Virus record (IMG/VR): IMGVR_UViG_3300042446_001529
Coordinates: 34,645-98,644 of that record
Reading direction: 5' to 3' (one strand)
DNA length: 64,000 nt
Origin: a virus
Lineage: Duplodnaviria; Caudoviricetes
Part shown: positions 10,223-21,116 of the stretch, one piece after another
How the letters are laid out: each line of letters starts with the position of its first letter
How positions within the stretch are numbered: position 1 is the first letter of the stretch
The notes under the pieces: generated by a model
What the model saw: only the letters and a program-made list of their open reading frames with translations
Told to the model about the DNA's origin: nothing
The model's database searches: none
Position numbers and translations under genes: made by a program

Positions 10223-12518
10223 TATTTTTTATGTTTCAGCAAGCAACGGAAATGACAAAGACTGGTCAACAATAAAGTCTAGGTATCCACTTGCTCAAAA
10301 ATTAACAAACATAAAATCTTACGAAGAAATTCAATCTAAATCCTTTACAAAAATGTTCTGGGTTATCTGGGACGATATAAATCTTACAGAATTTAATTTA
10401 TTAGATTATAAAGCCACTAAGTGGGATGACATGTATGTTCACGTTTTTAAAAACGGAGAACACTATGATGGTATTTGTTTGTTTCCTAAATCGTTGACGA
10501 TTTCTCAGCGTGAATTTCATCATAGATTTTTTACAGCTAAAAAAGAAATTGATATTGTTGCTAGTATTCCAAAACAATATAAAACATACAGTCCTAATAC
10601 ATTCAACGAATACCAACACATAACCGACGACATGTTTTGGCTAGTATGGCCAGAAGTTACTGTAACTGACAAATCAATTTTTGACATATATTTTAGTCAT
10701 CATAATAGTTATGACCGCAGAGAAAATCATGTATTTAAAAATCTCTGCAATAGTGTTGAATCTTATCTCAGCGGAGTAATCCTTTGCAGCAAATATAAAC
10801 CTTTATCAAATCGAGAGTTTGATAAACAGTATGCTGTAGATAAAAAAGAGCACAACAAAGTTGTCAGCAAATATCAATACCCAGTTTATAAAATTAATTC
10901 TTATGCTGATTATTTAGAGATTATTGACAATGAAAAACAACAAATGTTTTGGTGTCAGTGGCCTAGTATAGAAATTATTGACGATACAATATTTGATTTT
11001 TATCTTGATCCTAACAATGGTGCATTAGATTATGATAGGCAAGAAAATCATGTATTTAAAAATTTATGCAATGATAAAGAATCATATCTAAGCGGAGTTG
11101 TTTTATTTTCTAAATCTAAAATTATTTCTAAGAAAGAATTTGATAGAAAATATTTAATTGACAAAAAAGAACATACCCGCATAGTTAGTAGGTATAGATA
11201 TAATCGATACAATATTTCCAGTTACGAAGAATATAAACAAATTATAGAAACAGAAACTCAACCTTTATTCTGGGGTATATGGCCCGAAATAAACATTATA
11301 GATGAAACAATTTTTGATTTATATTTTGATCCCAACGATGGAAAGTATGATCATGATAGAAAAGAAAATCACGTGTTTAAAAATCTATGCAATGACAAAG
11401 AAACATATTTGTGCGGGCTAGTTTTATTCTCAAAAGAAAAAGTTATTTCGCAAAAAGAATTTAACCGTAGATATTTAATAGACAAAAAAGAACATACAAC
11501 TGTTGTTAGTCGGTATAGATATAATAGATATGTTCTTTCGTCATACGACAACTACACAGACATTTTAAAAAATGAAACACAGCCGATGTTTTGGGGGATA
11601 TGGCCTGAGATAGATATTGTAGATGAATCTGTATTTGATCTATATTTTGATCCTAATGATGGAAAATATGATCATGATAGAAAAGAAAATCATACATTTA
11701 AGCATCTGTTTAACGGTAAAGAAATTCATACCAACGGACTAGTATTATTGTCTAAAGATAAAATTATAGGACAACGAGAATTTAAACATAGATTTTTAAT
11801 TGAGAAAAAAGAACATGATCGACTAGTATCTAAACATCGTTTATATGATGTTGTTTTTATTTCTTATAACGAGCCCAACGCTGACGAGAACTATAAAAAA
11901 TTAATAGATATGTGTCCTAGGGCCAAACGAGTGCGTGGCGTGAAAGGAATTCACAATGCACATATTAAAGCAGCAAGTATATGTGATACTGATATGATAT
12001 GGATAGTCGATGGCGATGCAATAATTGAAGACAGTTTTAGTTTTGATACAGTGATGTCAAGCTATGATATAGATTGTGTTCATGTGTGGCAAAGTAAAAA
12101 TCCTATTAACAATTTAGAATACGGTAACGGTGGTGTTAAATTATTACCAAGACACCTAACATTGAATATGAATGTTAATACTTCGGATATGACAACAAGT
12201 ATATCTGACAAGTTTAAAGCCATGAATACTGTGTCTAATATTAACTCTTTCAATACTGATGAGTTTGCAACATGGAGATCGGCCTTTAGAGAATGTTGTA
12301 AACTAGCTAGTCGTATTATTGAAAGGCAGTACGAAGAAGAAACTAAACTACGATTGGACATATGGTGTTCAGCTGGTGTTGAACAACCGTTTGGGGCATA
12401 TGCAATTGCCGGGGCACAGGCGGGTAGACATTACGGCGAAACTAATAAAAATAATCCAGACGCTCTTAATAAAATCAATGACTTTGAATGGTTACAGGAA
12501 CAGTTTAGTGGAATATAA
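10215..12518 (+). CDS. Multi-repeat glycosyltransferase-like protein with C-terminal GT-A domain
   Basis: 104-107 aa internal repeats; C-term FISYNEPNAD..IWIVDGD..YGNGGVK similar to 9305..10222. Confidence 0.7.
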   Translation: MYDIFYVSASNGNDKDWSTIKSRYPLAQKLTNIKSYEEIQSKSFTKMFWVIWDDINLTEFNLLDYKATKWDDMYVHVFKNGEHYDGICLFPKSLTISQREFHHRFFTAKKEIDIVASIPKQYKTYSPNTFNEYQHITDDMFWLVWPEVTVTDKSIFDIYFSHHNSYDRRENHVFKNLCNSVESYLSGVILCSKYKPLSNREFDKQYAVDKKEHNKVVSKYQYPVYKINSYADYLEIIDNEKQQMFWCQWPSIEIIDDTIFDFYLDPNNGALDYDRQENHVFKNLCNDKESYLSGVVLFSKSKIISKKEFDRKYLIDKKEHTRIVSRYRYNRYNISSYEEYKQIIETETQPLFWGIWPEINIIDETIFDLYFDPNDGKYDHDRKENHVFKNLCNDKETYLCGLVLFSKEKVISQKEFNRRYLIDKKEHTTVVSRYRYNRYVLSSYDNYTDILKNETQPMFWGIWPEIDIVDESVFDLYFDPNDGKYDHDRKENHTFKHLFNGKEIHTNGLVLLSKDKIIGQREFKHRFLIEKKEHDRLVSKHRLYDVVFISYNEPNADENYKKLIDMCPRAKRVRGVKGIHNAHIKAASICDTDMIWIVDGDAIIEDSFSFDTVMSSYDIDCVHVWQSKNPINNLEYGNGGVKLLPRHLTLNMNVNTSDMTTSISDKFKAMNTVSNINSFNTDEFATWRSAFRECCKLASRIIERQYEEETKLRLDIWCSAGVEQPFGAYAIAGAQAGRHYGETNKNNPDALNKINDFEWLQEQFSGI
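10620..11850 (+). repeat. About four intragenic tandem repeats, period 312-321 nt (boundaries approximate)
   Basis: TGGCC (Trp-Pro) anchors at 10647, 10959, 11280, 11601; ENH.FK and KKEH motifs in each unit. Confidence 0.85.
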
Positions 12519-13941
12519 TCGTAATATAAAAGGCAATGAACTTAAAGAGATTAATGGTAGATATGAATCTCGTTATCTTGCCGACGCTGAATATGTGTAT
12601 AAAGAACTAAACAAGGTTAGTCCTAGTTTCTGTCTTGCCAAATGGTATAACGTTAGTATACATATTCCCACAGGAAAGACTCATAGTTGTTATCATCCTA
12701 GAGCACATCAAATTCCATTAGATGAAATAGTGATCGATGTAAGTGCGTTGCATAATACCAAGTATAAAAAAGAACAACGTAAATTAATGCTAGAAGGGAC
12801 TCGTCCTAAAGAATGTGAATTTTGTTGGCAAATCGAAGACAGTGGCAATCAACTCAGCGATCGCGCATATCGCAGTAAGGACGTTTACGAAGACGGACTA
12901 ATTGAGGAAGCCAAGGCATTGGGATTTGAAGGTGATGCAATACCTCGATATGTTGAAGTAAACTTCAATCAGGCCTGCAATTTTAAATGCAGCTATTGTA
13001 GTCCGCACCTAAGCACAGCATGGCAACAGGATATAGAACAAAGCGGTGCTATCACTTTATCTGATCGCTGGCACAATGACATTACATGGGTAAAAAAACT
13101 CAATATCGACAACGGTCCTGACAATCCTTATCTAAAAGCCTTTTGGAAATGGATGCCTGTAGTTTATCCAAAGCTACAAACGTTCCGTATGACTGGTGGC
13201 GAACCGTTGATGGATAAAAATACTTTTAAAATGTTTGATTATGTATACGAGCACCCACATCCTGCCTTAAACCTGTCTATAACGTCAAATTGCTGCCCGC
13301 CTGGAAATCAGTGGAATAAGTTCATGATATCATTGAAGAAAATCACTGAAAAAAATGCAATTGACCACTTTATGTTGTTTTGCAGTTTAGACTCGTGGGG
13401 CAAACAGGCTGAATATATACGTAACGGCATGAACTTTGACATGCTATACACCAATGTAACTGATTATCTCCAAAACAGCGATAAACATAGTTTGACATTT
13501 ATTATCACTTTTAATGCGTTGTCGTACACACGATTTTACGAATACATGGAAAATATATTAAAATTACGCAAACAATTTAACAGTGGTCGTCAGTTGGTTT
13601 GGTTTGATGTGCCTCAGTTAATTGATCCCGATTTTTTGAATCCTAAATTATTACCTGATTTAGTTTCTGAGTTAGAACGCACAATTGAGTTTATGAAATA
13701 TAATCCAGAAACCAAATGGAACGAGTTTAAAGGATTTAGCGACTTTGAAATTAGCAAAGTACAGAGATTGATCGATTGGATTAAATCAGACACTGGATTT
13801 AACAGTGAATTAGCTAAAGAGAATTTTTATTTATTTTTTAGCCAGCAAGACAAGCGTCAAGACACAAATTTTTTAAATACATTTCCAGAGTTAGAAACTT
13901 TCTGGAAAGAATGCGAGGCAAAATGCAAGAAAACAGAGTAA
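12508..13941 (+). CDS. Radical SAM protein with N-terminal Cys-rich (SPASM/twitch-like) domain
   Basis: CNFKCSYC, TGGEPL; N-term FCLAKW..SCYHP..CEFCW; GTG start 12508 with AGGA SD. Confidence 0.85.
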   Translation: MEYNRNIKGNELKEINGRYESRYLADAEYVYKELNKVSPSFCLAKWYNVSIHIPTGKTHSCYHPRAHQIPLDEIVIDVSALHNTKYKKEQRKLMLEGTRPKECEFCWQIEDSGNQLSDRAYRSKDVYEDGLIEEAKALGFEGDAIPRYVEVNFNQACNFKCSYCSPHLSTAWQQDIEQSGAITLSDRWHNDITWVKKLNIDNGPDNPYLKAFWKWMPVVYPKLQTFRMTGGEPLMDKNTFKMFDYVYEHPHPALNLSITSNCCPPGNQWNKFMISLKKITEKNAIDHFMLFCSLDSWGKQAEYIRNGMNFDMLYTNVTDYLQNSDKHSLTFIITFNALSYTRFYEYMENILKLRKQFNSGRQLVWFDVPQLIDPDFLNPKLLPDLVSELERTIEFMKYNPETKWNEFKGFSDFEISKVQRLIDWIKSDTGFNSELAKENFYLFFSQQDKRQDTNFLNTFPELETFWKECEAKCKKTE

Positions 13942-15278
13942 CGTTTATTAAAAACGTAAGAGATAGATTAAACAAAGTTGGTTCGGGATTCTGTGCAATG
14001 AAGTGGTTGCACCAAACTCTGTATCTACACACCGGTGATAATCATAGTTGCTATCATCCACGCCCGCATCATATTGGCTTAGATGAAATTGCAGCAGATC
14101 CTAGTGCGTTACACAATACAAGATGGAAAAAAGAACAGCGTAAAACTATGTTAGAAGGAGGTCGCCCTAACGAATGCCAATATTGTTGGAATATTGAAGA
14201 TCTACCAGGCGAGCATATCAGTGACAGAATGATACATAGTTCAAGTGATTTTAGCGAACCGCTGATTGAAAAACTAGCAGAGCTTCCCTGGGATGCACCA
14301 GTTAATCCTCGTTACCTAGAAGTTAGTTTTGGTAATGGCTGTAATTATCGTTGCGGTTATTGCTGCCCACAAGCAAGCACCATGTGGACAGAAGAAATCA
14401 AGAAGCATGGTAATTACGATCTAACCTATAATCAGTATGGCATTGAGTTTATGACCAACGGAACATACTATGGTCCTAAAGACGAAAATCCCTACATTGA
14501 AGCATTCTGGAAATGGTGGCCCAGTCTGCGTAAAGATCTACACACACTCCGCATCACAGGCGGTGAACCTCTAATGAATCCAGGTGCAATGCAGTTTTTT
14601 GATCTGTTAGAAGACGAACCAGCCCCTCACTTAGAAATTACATTAAACAGTAATCTAGGTGTAACATTCGATCGTGTTGACAGACTTATTCAAAGAGTAA
14701 CTAGTCTGGTTCGTCAAAAGAAAATTCGTAAGTTTAGTTTCTTTACCAGCATTGATAGTTGGGGCGAGCAAGCAGAGTATATGCGTACAGGACTTAAATG
14801 TGATCACTGGGAACGCAACATGATAGAAGTAATCAAAGCAGGTGCTACTGTAAACTTAATGTGTACATATAATGTTCTTTGTGTAACTAACTTTCAACAA
14901 CTATTAGAAAAGGTGATTGAATGGCGTGAGAAGTTTGGATTTGAATCAGTCTCCTTTGATACCCCTTACTTAAAAGAACCACCACACTGGATGATTAATA
15001 TTCTTACAGACGATTTCATAAAACATCAAGAACGTCAACTACAATTTATTGTAGATAATAAAAAATGGTTTACAGATGTTGAATATGAAAAAATGCTTCG
15101 TGTTACAGATTATATGAAGGAAAAAACAATTCCTGCAGAAAAAATTCGTGCTGGTCGCAGAGACTTTTACAGCTTCTTTTCAGAAAACGACAAGCGGTTA
15201 AATACTAACTTATTAAAGACCTTTCCAGAATATAAAGATTTTTACGAATTGTGCAAAACAGTTTACAATGAATATTAA
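13923..15278 (+). CDS. Radical SAM protein, paralog of preceding gene
   Basis: CNYRCGYC, TGGEPL; N-term FCAMKW..SCYHP..CQYCW. Confidence 0.85.
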   Translation: MQENRVTFIKNVRDRLNKVGSGFCAMKWLHQTLYLHTGDNHSCYHPRPHHIGLDEIAADPSALHNTRWKKEQRKTMLEGGRPNECQYCWNIEDLPGEHISDRMIHSSSDFSEPLIEKLAELPWDAPVNPRYLEVSFGNGCNYRCGYCCPQASTMWTEEIKKHGNYDLTYNQYGIEFMTNGTYYGPKDENPYIEAFWKWWPSLRKDLHTLRITGGEPLMNPGAMQFFDLLEDEPAPHLEITLNSNLGVTFDRVDRLIQRVTSLVRQKKIRKFSFFTSIDSWGEQAEYMRTGLKCDHWERNMIEVIKAGATVNLMCTYNVLCVTNFQQLLEKVIEWREKFGFESVSFDTPYLKEPPHWMINILTDDFIKHQERQLQFIVDNKKWFTDVEYEKMLRVTDYMKEKTIPAEKIRAGRRDFYSFFSENDKRLNTNLLKTFPEYKDFYELCKTVYNEY

Positions 15279-16017
15279 AAAACATCTTGGAATTTTTGGA
15301 GATAGCTTTGCAAGTAAAGACCTATCTCCTCTACCCATATCTGGAGAGCCATGGGCGAAAACTCTTTCTGATTTATTAAATATTGATTCTACTTTATACG
15401 CACTACATGGAACAAGTATCTGGTGGAGTTTTAATAATTTTATAAAACATTACAAAGACTACTCACACATAGTATTTGTATATAGTCAGCACAATCGGTG
15501 GCATAGTCTCCAAAAAGAATACGAAACAATGCACCATATTACTGTAAATAAATTATTCGTTCCTAATATAGCCAAAGAAAAACGTGATGTTGCAAAAATT
15601 CTTTTAGATACATACCCCATCGTAAACTCGGAAGAGTTTGATCTTTTTGTATATCAAAAAATATTTAATGATGTGAATCAACTATGTCGCGATAATAACA
15701 TAAAATTGATAAATTTCATGCCGTTTGATAACGGTACGTTGATTAATTATGAAAGCAGAGCAGGATTTTGCATATATAATGCTATTGACCTAATCCAATT
15801 TGAACAACAACAATTAACACCTGTAGAACAAGAACAATTTATAAAAATGATATACTCAGGCGATATGCGATATTGCCACATGAATTGGAAAAATAATAAA
15901 TTAGTTGCCGATCGCATGTATGAAAATTTAAATAATACATCGACTATGATAGATATCCTTAAAGATAAAAATGTTTCAAACGACCCAAACTGTATTAGAG
16001 AACTATTAAAATTATGA
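15268..16017 (+). CDS. SGNH/GDSL-like hydrolase or acyltransferase
   Basis: GIFGDSF block I; C-terminal CHMN His motif. Confidence 0.55.
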   Translation: MNIKKHLGIFGDSFASKDLSPLPISGEPWAKTLSDLLNIDSTLYALHGTSIWWSFNNFIKHYKDYSHIVFVYSQHNRWHSLQKEYETMHHITVNKLFVPNIAKEKRDVAKILLDTYPIVNSEEFDLFVYQKIFNDVNQLCRDNNIKLINFMPFDNGTLINYESRAGFCIYNAIDLIQFEQQQLTPVEQEQFIKMIYSGDMRYCHMNWKNNKLVADRMYENLNNTSTMIDILKDKNVSNDPNCIRELLKL

Positions 16018-17231
16018 TAAACGAACAAAATAAAACTACCTGGTGTGTAAACGCTGACCACGCAATGAGTGGAAATAATACTGGTACAACAAAAATTTGT
16101 TGCATGTATCGAGATCAAGATCTAAAACATTCATTAGGTGCTGAACCTATTGCAATTAATTTTAATCAGAAAGCATTTCAGGAAGTGAGAGATACATTGG
16201 GTTCCGGAAAGAGACACGATAAGTGCAGTTGGTGTTTCGAAGAAGAAGACGCTGGTCGTAAAAGTAAGCGTCAGCGCGATAACGACAAATACGTTGACTG
16301 GTTACGTAAAGGAAATGCACCCTTTAAAGGTCTTGCCAAAGTTGAATTAAACTTGGGCAATACCTGCAATTTAAAATGCAGAACCTGCGGAAGTCATTCT
16401 AGTAGTACTTGGATGGAAGAGGACTACGATGTTTATGAAAACCAGAGATATTCTACATATAAATTATTTGCTCAAAGTATGAAAAAGTATCATCAGCACT
16501 ACGATGACGAAAGTCCGTTTTGGGATGATCTAGAAAATAACTTAGCAACGATTAAACAGTTCGACTTCTATGGCGGTGAGCCTTTCATGAGTAAAAAAAT
16601 GTGGCGTATCTTAGAAGTTGCTGTTGAAAAAGGATATGCTAAAGATATCGAAGTACACTATGCTACCAACGGCACACAGTGGCCTGCTGAAAAAGTTGAA
16701 ATATTCAAACATTTTAGACACGTACATTTATCATTCAGTGTCGACGGTATAGGAGAACAATTCGAATACATGCGTTATCCTGCTAAATGGAGCGAAGTAA
16801 AAGAAAATATGAAAAAGGCAGTAGAACTTAGTAATAGAACAGGTAACATCTATCTAGGTTGGTGTATTACTTTGAGTACAATAAACATTACAGGATTGCC
16901 AGCAATATTAAAAGAACACAATACAAATTTTAAAGAATTTGGACCCTATCTTAATTTAGTACACGGACCAATACAATATAACTTAACTCAACTGCCAACG
17001 GACGTAAAATCCTATGTTGTTGATATACTCAAGTCAATTCCTAAAGAAGATGTTGATGGGTATATGTATGAGTATCATATTCCAGGAATTATTAATTTTA
17101 TTATTAACGGCACTGCTAAATCAGAAAATTGGGAAAAGTTTAATCGACATGTAAAAGCACACGATGAATATCGAGGACAAAATTTTGCAACAGTATATCC
17201 AGAATATGCAAAGACAATAAACTATGAATAA
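16014..17231 (+). CDS. Radical SAM protein with N-terminal Cys-rich domain
   Basis: CNLKCRTC, YGGEPF; N-term WC..ICC..CSWC. Confidence 0.85.
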   Translation: MINEQNKTTWCVNADHAMSGNNTGTTKICCMYRDQDLKHSLGAEPIAINFNQKAFQEVRDTLGSGKRHDKCSWCFEEEDAGRKSKRQRDNDKYVDWLRKGNAPFKGLAKVELNLGNTCNLKCRTCGSHSSSTWMEEDYDVYENQRYSTYKLFAQSMKKYHQHYDDESPFWDDLENNLATIKQFDFYGGEPFMSKKMWRILEVAVEKGYAKDIEVHYATNGTQWPAEKVEIFKHFRHVHLSFSVDGIGEQFEYMRYPAKWSEVKENMKKAVELSNRTGNIYLGWCITLSTINITGLPAILKEHNTNFKEFGPYLNLVHGPIQYNLTQLPTDVKSYVVDILKSIPKEDVDGYMYEYHIPGIINFIINGTAKSENWEKFNRHVKAHDEYRGQNFATVYPEYAKTINYE

Positions 17232-18486
17232 TAACTTTTTTAATTTTGATCAACTAGATCAATTACACATCGAGCTGTCTAATGCGTGTAATGCTGCGTG
17301 TCCAATGTGTACTCGATTTCATGTTAACAGTCCACTTACTCGTCCAGATTTAGAAATAGATCAAATTACTATTGAAAAATTTAAACAATATTTTCCACCA
17401 GAAGTTGTTAACAAGTGTGAAGTAATTTTGTTTTGCGGTGTTCACGGTGACCCCGGCATGGCAAAAGATCTATACGAGATTTGCGAATACATAGATCAAG
17501 TAAGTCCAACAACTGTCATTCGTATGAATACGAACGGTGGAATGCGTAAACCAGAATTCTGGGCTAAGATGGGAACTTTGTTTTCAAAGAAACTAAGAGA
17601 TCACTGGTCATGGCAAATTACATTTAGTATCGACGGACTAGCAGACACAAACCACTTGTACAGAAGAAACGTAGAGTGGGATAAGCTCATAGCAAATGCA
17701 AAAGCATTCATAGATGCAGGTGGTCGTGCAGAATGGGACTACTTGATTTTTAAACATAACGAACATCAAATCGACGAAGCTAAACAACTTTCTAAAGACA
17801 TGGGATTTCATGCATTTGTTCCTAAGAAAGCATTGGGCGTTGATAACGGTACAAGTTTAGTACGCATGAGTGCAATGACTCGCGAGGGTGAATTTGATTA
17901 TTGGATCGATGCTCCTGTAGACCCAAAGAATAGAAATTTGGAAAATCCTCAAGGACAAGTACAAGATCAATTTTGGAAATTTAGTATAGATGATTACAAA
18001 CGTCTTAAAGAAAATAAACTAACACACAACAATCATCCTGAACGTGTTGCCAACGTATATGACATGCTACGTTCAGAAGATAATTCTATATTAGATAGTG
18101 CTAGCATCAAGTGTAAAGCCGAAACTAGAAATGGTGGTAGAGAAATATTTGTTGATCAAAAGGGTCGTGTTATCCCTTGTTGTTACATGGGCACACACTT
18201 AAACGGCGTACATTCAGATAGCCAAAGCCTGCAACTGCATTACGAGATTGAAAAGTACGGCTGGGATCACTTCGACCTTAACAAACATAGCCTTCAAGAA
18301 ATCATGGAAGGTCATCACCTGGATCGGGTGTTTACGGACTCATGGACCAAGTCTAGCTGTGCCGAAGGCAAAATGGCATATTGTGCTAACATATGCGGAA
18401 CCTTTAGTCGAGTAGATAGAATTTATACACACGAAAAGATGGACGACAAATCTAGAAATTGGCGGGAAATAAAGGTATCTAAATGA
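17224..18486 (+). CDS. Radical SAM protein with C-terminal SPASM/twitch domain
   Basis: CNAACPMC; C-term C..GRVIPCC..CANIC. Confidence 0.85.
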   Translation: MNNNFFNFDQLDQLHIELSNACNAACPMCTRFHVNSPLTRPDLEIDQITIEKFKQYFPPEVVNKCEVILFCGVHGDPGMAKDLYEICEYIDQVSPTTVIRMNTNGGMRKPEFWAKMGTLFSKKLRDHWSWQITFSIDGLADTNHLYRRNVEWDKLIANAKAFIDAGGRAEWDYLIFKHNEHQIDEAKQLSKDMGFHAFVPKKALGVDNGTSLVRMSAMTREGEFDYWIDAPVDPKNRNLENPQGQVQDQFWKFSIDDYKRLKENKLTHNNHPERVANVYDMLRSEDNSILDSASIKCKAETRNGGREIFVDQKGRVIPCCYMGTHLNGVHSDSQSLQLHYEIEKYGWDHFDLNKHSLQEIMEGHHLDRVFTDSWTKSSCAEGKMAYCANICGTFSRVDRIYTHEKMDDKSRNWREIKVSK

Positions 18487-19616
18487 ACAAAGAAACATTT
18501 TGTTCTTTGCCGTTCACTGAGATTTTCTTAGGACCGGATGGCCACGTCAAGACTTGTTGTTCGGCATCTAATTCTATAGGATCGTTACATACAAACACAA
18601 TTGACGAACTAATCAACGGAAAGGTTGCAACCGATATTCGACAGCATATTCTTGATGGTAAATGGCATGAGTCTTGCAGACAATGTAAACAACAAGAATC
18701 TCAAAATGCTAGATCAGAAAGAGACAGTGATTTGGAAAGATTTCAAACTGACTACGGACCTGTTGATAATTCTTTTTTTAAATTGAGAAGATTAGATCTA
18801 CGCTGGAGTAACACTTGTAATTTATCTTGTACTTATTGTTATGAATATTTTAGTTCTAAGTGGGCAACGTTGAAGGGTTTAAAAATTAATACAATCAAAG
18901 ATGAAAACGAAAATAGTTTATTTCTCATGATTGAAAAAAACATAGACTCTATAGAAAATATCTTAATGTTAGGCGGCGAACCGTTATTACAAAAACAAAA
19001 TCTACGATTAGTTAATACTATAACAGATGATAGAAGTTTTTACATCTTATCCAATCTAGCAATACCATTAGAATCTAACTCAATTGCACAAACATTAATA
19101 AATGAACGAACTACAAAATGGGGAGTTAGTTTTGAAACAGTTGGCAACAGATACGAGTATGTAAGACGAGGAGCATCTTGGGATCTATTTGCAAAAAATA
19201 TAAATTACATACAAGAAAAAACATCCAATAATATAGATGCACATAGTTTATATTCGATATATTCTGCATTTAATCTTGTTGAATTTTATGAGTTTATACA
19301 GGAAAATAAAATTAAAAATGTATTTTGGAATTTATTAGAGTCGTCGGGAGAAAATTCTACAGCTAGTGTTCTTAAATTATCTCCTGAATTAAAGCAACGT
19401 GCAATCGACGAAATCACTCAATGTGAAAAATTATTTCCAGATGCTCCCGGATTAGAGTGGTTATTGACTTTTAAGAAAAATCTCACATTAAAAACAAAAT
19501 CAACAAATAAAAGTTTTGTAGAAGAAATATATTCATTAGAAACTACCTATTTAAAAAATGAAACTTTAAAATTTGAAAAATTGTGGCCTACTGAATGGGA
19601 GTTATTAAACAAATGA
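18483..19616 (+). CDS. Radical SAM protein with N-terminal SPASM-like domain
   Basis: CNLSCTYC, LGGEPL; N-term FCSLPF..DGHVKTCC..IGSL..CRQC. Confidence 0.85.
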   Translation: MNKETFCSLPFTEIFLGPDGHVKTCCSASNSIGSLHTNTIDELINGKVATDIRQHILDGKWHESCRQCKQQESQNARSERDSDLERFQTDYGPVDNSFFKLRRLDLRWSNTCNLSCTYCYEYFSSKWATLKGLKINTIKDENENSLFLMIEKNIDSIENILMLGGEPLLQKQNLRLVNTITDDRSFYILSNLAIPLESNSIAQTLINERTTKWGVSFETVGNRYEYVRRGASWDLFAKNINYIQEKTSNNIDAHSLYSIYSAFNLVEFYEFIQENKIKNVFWNLLESSGENSTASVLKLSPELKQRAIDEITQCEKLFPDAPGLEWLLTFKKNLTLKTKSTNKSFVEEIYSLETTYLKNETLKFEKLWPTEWELLNK

Positions 19617-20338
19617 AACTATGGGCATACGGTGATAGTTTTGTAGCAGGTGATCAGGATATTCCTGATCGGATCGACGCTATACTAGAAAACATGGAAT
19701 ATAATAGATATAATGTTAGTTTTGCATCAGTACTAGCAAAAAAACTTAATGTAACTTTAACAAATCGAGCAATTAGTGGGTGTAGTAATTTTGTTCAATT
19801 AGATCAGTTATGGTTAGATTGCACTAACATGTCTTCTGATGATCTAATATTGTTTGGCATTACTACACCTCTGCGTGATAGATTTATGATACCTCATCTA
19901 GCTCCTGAATTTTTAAGAAAAACTCGTGGACCGGGATTAATAAATCGATCATTATTACACGACCACCCTGACACTAGGATTTGCACAATTGACACATTCT
20001 ATACATTTTCTGTATTAGAAAAACTAGAAAAAATGTATAATCTTAATATAGTTAAATTTAATTTGTTTCATGACCCATTACAAGATGCATCAGAAGAAGA
20101 TATAAAAAAATTTAATTTCAACAACTATATTGGGCTTGCCACGCCGGGAAACACCCTACTCGATATATTAACTGACAATTGGGGCAACGGTGTTCCAAGG
20201 ATTTCTGATCACAGCAAGTGGAAGCCCCCAGTTGAATACAAACATTTATTCACTCAAAATTCTCATCCCAATATCGAAGGCCACAAAAAAATAGCTGTAT
20301 GGTTGGAAAATGAATTAAAAAAAATGCAGGCTATTTAA
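19613..20338 (+). CDS. SGNH/GDSL-like hydrolase
   Basis: AYGDSF, NRAISGCSN, SHPNIEGH motifs; ATGA overlap. Confidence 0.65.
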   Translation: MKLWAYGDSFVAGDQDIPDRIDAILENMEYNRYNVSFASVLAKKLNVTLTNRAISGCSNFVQLDQLWLDCTNMSSDDLILFGITTPLRDRFMIPHLAPEFLRKTRGPGLINRSLLHDHPDTRICTIDTFYTFSVLEKLEKMYNLNIVKFNLFHDPLQDASEEDIKKFNFNNYIGLATPGNTLLDILTDNWGNGVPRISDHSKWKPPVEYKHLFTQNSHPNIEGHKKIAVWLENELKKMQAI

Positions 20339-20339
20339 A

Positions 20340-21116
20340 ATGGAATTTACATTAGATCGAAATTGGCGTAAAGGGTTGGGAACAGAGTTAATAGTCTTAT
20401 GTACCTTACTAGACTATAAAGTTTCACAGCTTAATATTAATAAAAGTTTAAATAACACCAATTTTGAAAAATATAAAAAAATTTTTAATATCTCAGACGA
20501 TATATTACGAATACATCAAACAACTGATTTACAAAATGAAATAGAACCTAGCGATATTTTTAAAATCTATAGTCCCTATTACAAACTATCAAATAATAAA
20601 CAAAACAAAAGATTTATCGGTATTGCCGCTTATCAAGATAGTCAAGCATTTGAAAATCCAGGACTAGTATACCCTGAATCAAAATACTATCCTATACAAA
20701 AATATTCAGAATTATACAAACTTTTAAAATTATTTGGTTGGGAAGTAATTACATTAGATAGTAAAGATGTTTCTGTAGAAGAAAAAGTTAATCTAATATC
20801 AAATTATTGTGAATGTGTTATTGGATACGAAGGTGGTATTGCTCATTTGTGTCATATGCTAGATGTACCTTACATAATGTTTCCTTGGAAAACTTCATTT
20901 GACGCCAAATTGCTTCACTTAGATAAAAAAACTTTTTTCTTAGATTCATTTGATCGAATACTATCTTGGACCAAGGAAGATCTAGATAAATGTATTAATG
21001 ACTTACACAGCGGAATAACTAACAATGAGTTAGTAAATAACAAACAATTAATAACAAAAAGACTAATTGGCCATTCAGTGTCTAACGAAGAAAAAAAATT
21101 TCTATCATCTAAATGA
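20340..21116 (+). CDS. GT-B (GT9-like) glycosyltransferase
   Basis: CECVIGYEGGIAHLCHMLDVP resembles the GT9 C-terminal motif. Confidence 0.5.
   Translation: MEFTLDRNWRKGLGTELIVLCTLLDYKVSQLNINKSLNNTNFEKYKKIFNISDDILRIHQTTDLQNEIEPSDIFKIYSPYYKLSNNKQNKRFIGIAAYQDSQAFENPGLVYPESKYYPIQKYSELYKLLKLFGWEVITLDSKDVSVEEKVNLISNYCECVIGYEGGIAHLCHMLDVPYIMFPWKTSFDAKLLHLDKKTFFLDSFDRILSWTKEDLDKCINDLHSGITNNELVNNKQLITKRLIGHSVSNEEKKFLSSK

Noticed and set aside
10620-11850. Repeats as a diversity-generating retroelement TR/VR pair
   Set aside because: In-frame tandem protein repeats with differences not confined to adenines; no reverse transcriptase in the window.
12319-12507. N-terminal extension of the first radical SAM ORF
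   Set aside because: Overlaps the upstream gene by about 200 nt; GTG at 12508 has an SD and matches paralog length.
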